47,857 bases of DNA from a virus (Duplodnaviria > Caudoviricetes). The stretch covers positions 1-47,857 of the IMG/VR virus record IMGVR_UViG_3300030385_001684. One strand, 5' to 3'. A program made the position numbers and the translations under genes. The notes under the pieces are model-generated. The model made no database searches. It had not been told where the DNA came from and saw nothing but the letters and a program-made list of their open reading frames with translations. Positions 43,499-47,857 of the stretch are shown one piece after another. Within the stretch, counting starts at the first letter, position 1, and each line of letters opens with the position of its first letter.

Positions 43499-45493
43499 AT
43501 GGCCGACCCGAACGACTACGAGCCGAGCTACACGTTCACGTCGAGCCCGAGCTTTTTTCCTGCGGCGCAACTGAACGTCGAGTTCCTGAACGTCGCGTTG
43601 TCCACCGAGGAAATCGTCCTCGCGATCCAGGACCTCCGCAGATCGGACGGGGCACTGAACAACGAGATTGTCACGCTCGACAGTCTGGCAACTGAAGTTC
43701 GCCAGGACATCGGCGAGGGCGCCACAGCCGCGGCCACAGCCGCGGCCACCAGCGCGGGCGCCGCTGCCGGATCAGCCAGCACGGCGGCGACCTCGGCGGG
43801 CCAGGCGATGGGTTTCCGGAACTCGGCGCAGAACTGGGCCGAGCAGGACGAGGACACCCCTGTCAATGACGGGACGAACCCCGTTGGGTTTTCCTCACGA
43901 CACTGGGCCTACAAGTCCGAGAGCCAATCGGCTGGTGCAGAAGCCGCCCGTGACATCGCCGCCGGCTATGCCTCCGATGCCGTTAGCCAAGGAAATGTGC
44001 CGATCTATGCGGCAGTGGCAGGCATGGGCGCGTTGTCAGTTCCGGTTGGCATCAATGCAATCCGTGTGAATGGCTATGCGGCGGCGGGTGACGGCGGTGG
44101 TGCTCTCTACAAGCGCGTTGCATCTGAGCCATCCCACGCTGGCAAGTTCCAGTCCACAGATGGGGCGTGGTGGGCGCTGGCCGAGCTGATCTGGAACCCG
44201 TTCATGCTCGGTGCGGCAGGCGATGCCGTGACTGCGGTGCAGGCGGTAGCATCAAGTATGCAAAGCGGCGTTATCCCCGACGCCACGTTCATCGTCTCCG
44301 ACGAGATCGACCTGACCGTACCGAAGGACTTCGTTGGGACCGGCGCAAGGTCCCGCATCCAGACCACAGCCGGCTTCACCGCTAACAGCATCCTCCGCAT
44401 TTCGCCCCCTGCTAGCACCGATCCAAAGCGGTGGCGGGTGGGTAACTTCGCACTGAAGAATGCAGGCGGCGCAGACAACGCGATCATCATCGATCTCGCA
44501 GCCGCCAACAAATATATCAGTAAGCTCACATTAGAGAACATCACTTCGGAGACTCCTGTTGATGAGCACTTTCTGAAGATAATCAACTCAATCCCGAACC
44601 AAGACGGACTATTTACATCCGTCATTCAAGATAACTGGAGTTTTGGCGGCTATTATCTGGACAACGTGGGTGATAGCCTTTCGTTTTTGAGAAACACGAC
44701 CACGGGCGCAGGCGTCGGATATTACGTCAACGAGCTTGGGACTGCTGCAAACATCCTGATTGCAGACGGGAACTGCACATCTGCAGGCGGGGTAGTGTCG
44801 TGCGTCAAAGGTGCAAACGTCACCATCAGGAACATGCAAGGCGAAGCTCCTGTAGGTTCGGCCGCCGATAACGATGCGATGGTTAGTCTGGCGCATTCGG
44901 CCGGGAACCTGATCTTCAACACGAAGATAGTTGAGTGCAATCTCAACACGAAAGGAAACCTGAAGCGGTGCATTTATCTTCAGGATACCGACCTTACCTT
45001 CATCGAAGGGAATCAACTTTACTGCGACCCCACCGATCCAACGGCAGCGCACATTTACATCGACACGGGCGCTCGCAACACCATCGTCGGACAGAACAAA
45101 TACTTCAGTTCCGTTACAGGCGCTGAGATATCCCCGATCATCAGCGACAACGGCATCGGAACGGTTGCGAGGTGGAAAGACACGCCCATCACCCTTTCCG
45201 GCTGGGCTGCGGCAACAGGCGGCGGGACGGAAGCTGCGCCGGGCGTCTTCAAATCTCGCGACGGTGAAGTCCAGTTCCGAGGCCGGGCAACCGGGCCTGC
45301 CTCAGTTGTCGGTGACATCCTGTTCCAGCTACCGGTAGGGTACAGGCCCGCCAAGGCCTGTCAGTTACGTGCCTACGGTACGGCAGCGGTCCCGAACGTC
45401 ATCTTGCAGGTGCTATCGACGGGTAACGTCCAATTACTCACAGCCGGCACGTGGGGCATTAACTTCAACGATCTGAGGATCAATACGAGGTGA
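43499..45493 (+). CDS. Tailspike/receptor-binding protein with beta-helix depolymerase-like domain
   Basis: N-terminal anchor, Ala-rich linker, GYAAAGDGGGALY...DGAWW head motif, Asn/Ile/Gly-rich repeats, C-terminal FQLPVGYRP domain; lower GC in the distal part. Confidence 0.85.
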   Translation: MADPNDYEPSYTFTSSPSFFPAAQLNVEFLNVALSTEEIVLAIQDLRRSDGALNNEIVTLDSLATEVRQDIGEGATAAATAAATSAGAAAGSASTAATSAGQAMGFRNSAQNWAEQDEDTPVNDGTNPVGFSSRHWAYKSESQSAGAEAARDIAAGYASDAVSQGNVPIYAAVAGMGALSVPVGINAIRVNGYAAAGDGGGALYKRVASEPSHAGKFQSTDGAWWALAELIWNPFMLGAAGDAVTAVQAVASSMQSGVIPDATFIVSDEIDLTVPKDFVGTGARSRIQTTAGFTANSILRISPPASTDPKRWRVGNFALKNAGGADNAIIIDLAAANKYISKLTLENITSETPVDEHFLKIINSIPNQDGLFTSVIQDNWSFGGYYLDNVGDSLSFLRNTTTGAGVGYYVNELGTAANILIADGNCTSAGGVVSCVKGANVTIRNMQGEAPVGSAADNDAMVSLAHSAGNLIFNTKIVECNLNTKGNLKRCIYLQDTDLTFIEGNQLYCDPTDPTAAHIYIDTGARNTIVGQNKYFSSVTGAEISPIISDNGIGTVARWKDTPITLSGWAAATGGGTEAAPGVFKSRDGEVQFRGRATGPASVVGDILFQLPVGYRPAKACQLRAYGTAAVPNVILQVLSTGNVQLLTAGTWGINFNDLRINTR

Positions 45494-45502
45494 GGTCCTA
45501 CG

Positions 45503-46753
45503 CTATTCGCAAAGTCCCGACGCGCACTGTCCAAGGTCCAAATCTTGATGTCCTATTAAAGGACTGAAGAAGTTGGTGAGCACATGCCGGAACATGAACT
45601 GGTAGATAAACGCGCAGGCCACTAGGGCAAGCACAGCCCACACGATCTGCCGCTCACGGGGATTTAGAACCCTCCACCTAATGGCGAGCGCACATGGCAA
45701 GAAGCCAAATGGCACCGTCATTTGCCATACGCGAGCGGAAAGCACCGGCATCGAGTTGAAGACGTAGAGCGTGGTCCCGAAAAGGAAGACGATGACGGCG
45801 CAGGAAGCCGCCACCGGAACGGTCGCCGGCATTGTGAACCTTTGCATATGCGTATGCCTGACCTGTCTCCGCCGCTCTCGGATCAGTCGTTCGCTGCACC
45901 AGACTGCAAAACCACTGAGAATCACACTCAGGAGGGGCAGCATCTTCAGCCATGGGGACCCGCTGCTTTCCTCAAGTCTCGCATACACATCCACCCGCGA
46001 GAAGTAATTCGCGATCCAAGGGACGGAAAAGGAGACTCCTAGTAGGAGTGTTACAAGGGCCAGGATCCGAAAGGAGCGGACGCTGACCCCGAACTGACGA
46101 AAGAAGATCCAGCTTCCGCAGAGAACCAGCGTCACCGCCAGCGACGAAAGGTGGAATGTTGCGGCAATAGTTGCGGCAACTAGCAGAGGCCACAGCCGCC
46201 CTGACCTCGCAGCGACCAAAAGGCCAACAACCGCAATCGATTGCGATATTCCAGCCCTCAGAGCGTTAGTTTCGAGCATGGCTATAAAGAAAACGAACAG
46301 ACCGGACAATATCGCCATATGAACCCCGAATCGACGCAAAGCTAAAATCTTTGCGTAAATCGAGCTTGCTGCTAAAATCGGAAGTATTGCGCTTGTAGGA
46401 ATGATCTGCGCTAGAGCAAAACAGAGAACGGCAAAACCAATTTCAAAGCTAAGATAGAAATTGTAGAAACCTTCTTGGATAGCCACGCTATAATATGGAG
46501 CGTTCTCCCAAGCGTTTGTCTGAAAGTTACTGAAAGTTGTATATGACAGCTCCAAAATGAAGCGCTTATAAAATGCGTAATCATAGGACAGTTCGAAGTC
46601 GTCATAACTCAAGCGGGCAAAAACAACCGCTGCGCAAATAATCGGAAACCAGCGAGCGCCGACCCATACGCGAAGTTTGCGTCCTGCCTGACGTGACGTG
46701 CCTTGAGGTAGGCTCAGGGAGCTGTCTGTGATCCATCTTCTGGCATTCCGCAT
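45503..46753 (-). CDS. EpsG/Wzy-like polytopic membrane protein (possible O-antigen conversion)
   Basis: About 10 TM segments; DYAFY, FEIGF, NALRAGISQSI, AATFHLSS match EpsG-family motifs; low GC; antisense to late genes. Confidence 0.72.
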   Translation of the reverse strand: MRNARRWITDSSLSLPQGTSRQAGRKLRVWVGARWFPIICAAVVFARLSYDDFELSYDYAFYKRFILELSYTTFSNFQTNAWENAPYYSVAIQEGFYNFYLSFEIGFAVLCFALAQIIPTSAILPILAASSIYAKILALRRFGVHMAILSGLFVFFIAMLETNALRAGISQSIAVVGLLVAARSGRLWPLLVAATIAATFHLSSLAVTLVLCGSWIFFRQFGVSVRSFRILALVTLLLGVSFSVPWIANYFSRVDVYARLEESSGSPWLKMLPLLSVILSGFAVWCSERLIRERRRQVRHTHMQRFTMPATVPVAASCAVIVFLFGTTLYVFNSMPVLSARVWQMTVPFGFLPCALAIRWRVLNPRERQIVWAVLALVACAFIYQFMFRHVLTNFFSPLIGHQDLDLGQCASGLCE

Positions 46754-46912
46754 AAAGCATTGCCTCTATCCGGCGTTTATCTACCGGACGGTTGAGCGGG
46801 CTTCGGCCCATGGGTTGCACAATCCATACTCACTGCACCCGCACCGGTAAAGCCACCACCCACAGGAGAACGACCATGGACACGCCCGCACAGGGGCGCG
46901 CCTTCGTGCTTC

Positions 46913-46963
46913 TTGCCCCGCCCACTCCCTTCCCGTATGCTGCGGCAGATTTCAGCAGACGGA
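46913..46963 (+). promoter_or_regulatory. Putative promoter plus 22-bp repeated leader (copy 2)
   Basis: TTGCCC-17-TATGCT, then GCGGCAGATTTCAGCAGACGGA. Confidence 0.6.
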
Positions 46964-46970
46964 TTGACAG

Positions 46971-47747
46971 ATGGCCGCCGGCAACTTCCCCGCATGTCTG
47001 ACCGAAACCCTTCGCTGGGAGGGCGGCTACGTCAACCACCCGAACGACCCGGGCGGCCACACGAACAAGGGCGTCACGCTCGCGACGCTGCGGCGTTACA
47101 GGCCGGGCGCCACGGTCGCCGACCTGAAGGCGATCTCCCGCGACATGCTGGAGACGATCTATCGGGTCGGGTACTGGGGGCCGGTCAAGGGCGACACGCT
47201 CGCCCCGGGCGTCGATCTCGCGACCTTCGACTACGGCGTGAACTCCGGGCCGGGCACCGCGCGCAAGAAGCTGCTGGGCGTCGTCGGCGGCTCCGACGTC
47301 GAGACCGTCAAGAAGCTCTGCGCGGCGCGGCTGCGCTCCTACAAGTCCTTCAAGCACTGGGCGTCTTTCGGCAAGGGCTGGACCCGCCGGATCGCCGGCA
47401 TCGAGGCCAAGGGCGTCGCGATGGCGCTGGCCGCCGTCGTGCCGACGCCGAGCCCGGCCCCGCGCCAGGACATCGAGATCATCGACAAGCTGGGTGACGA
47501 GGAGCGCAAGGCCGATGCGACCGCGATGCAGCAAAAAGGCGGCGCAGCGGCGTCGGGTGCTGGCGGCGCAACCGCCGGCGGAACGGCCGTCACCGACCCT
47601 GCCAATCTGGAGCCCGCCTTCAACTGGCTCATTGCCGGCGGCTTCGTCGTCGCTATCGGCCTCGCCGTCTTCCTGATCTGGCGCTCCCACATCAACAAGG
47701 AGCGGGCCAAGGCCTACGCCCGCGTCGCCGAGGAGATGATCCCGTGA
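46971..47747 (+). CDS. Endolysin, glycoside hydrolase family 108, with C-terminal TM
   Basis: EGGYVNHPNDPGGHTNKGVT, FDYGVNSG, FGKGWTRR; hydrophobic helix near the C-terminus. Confidence 0.92.
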   Translation: MAAGNFPACLTETLRWEGGYVNHPNDPGGHTNKGVTLATLRRYRPGATVADLKAISRDMLETIYRVGYWGPVKGDTLAPGVDLATFDYGVNSGPGTARKKLLGVVGGSDVETVKKLCAARLRSYKSFKHWASFGKGWTRRIAGIEAKGVAMALAAVVPTPSPAPRQDIEIIDKLGDEERKADATAMQQKGGAAASGAGGATAGGTAVTDPANLEPAFNWLIAGGFVVAIGLAVFLIWRSHINKERAKAYARVAEEMIP

Positions 47748-47857
47748 TCGGACTGCTCACCCGCCTCGCCCTTCGCTACCTCGCCGGCGCGCTGATCGCG
47801 ATCGGCTGGTCGGAGAGCGACGCCATGTGGTTCCTCGGGGATCCCGAGATCGTCAGC
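47744..47857 (+). CDS. Putative holin, 5' part (continues at the window start)
   Basis: GTG overlaps the endolysin TGA; SD GAGGAG. Confidence 0.65.
   Translation, partial: MIGLLTRLALRYLAGALIAIGWSESDAMWFLGDPEIVS
47760..47857. repeat. Terminal direct repeat, right copy
   Basis: Identical to 2-99. Confidence 0.95.

Noticed and set aside
43499-46970. Diversity-generating retroelement or invertible tail-fibre switch
   Set aside because: No reverse transcriptase, template/variable repeat pair or invertase seen; the flanking repeats are direct and only 22 bp
46876-47001. Small ORF MDTPAQGRAF... with an AGGAG SD
   Set aside because: Runs through the endolysin promoter and start, with no recognisable features; possibly a remnant
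1-47857. Assignment to a named phage
   Set aside because: The organisation recalls temperate alphaproteobacterial podoviruses, but identity cannot be established without a database search

Overview
The window is an apparently complete, circularly permuted genome (~47.76 kb) of a GC-rich temperate phage with podovirus-type virion genes. Bases 2-99 are repeated at 47760-47857. The host is probably an alphaproteobacterium, since the phage carries GapR-like and GcrA-like genes and an attP matching the 3' half of a tRNA-Thr(GGT). Gene order on the + strand: lysis genes (wrapping the ends), TerL, portal, scaffold, major capsid, adaptor, nozzle, two GNAT-fold proteins and ejection proteins. Then come attP with a leftward cI-xis-int operon, cro and a replication/host-takeover block (RusA-like, SNF2 helicase, DUF2800 nuclease, SSB, nucleotidyltransferase, GapR, GcrA, PAPS-reductase-like, Mom/XF1762-like, PolA, primase-helicase, putative ori). 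A leftward cluster of small early genes, TerS, HNH-AP2, tailspike, an antisense low-GC Wzy/EpsG-like gene and a GH108 endolysin complete the circle. Most notable: (1) about 12 unrelated proteins share a C-terminal [G/S/N]-[V/L/A/P]-F-[A/D/E/G] tail; (2) a zinc-ribbon RusA-like gene sits inside the remains of a resident rusA; (3) a tailspike plus Wzy-like cassette is bracketed by a 22-bp direct repeat; (4) an HNH insertion seems to have left an ejection-protein gene with an ATC start; (5) AT-rich recoded patches cover polymerase motifs. All product calls come from motif recognition by eye; no database searches were run.
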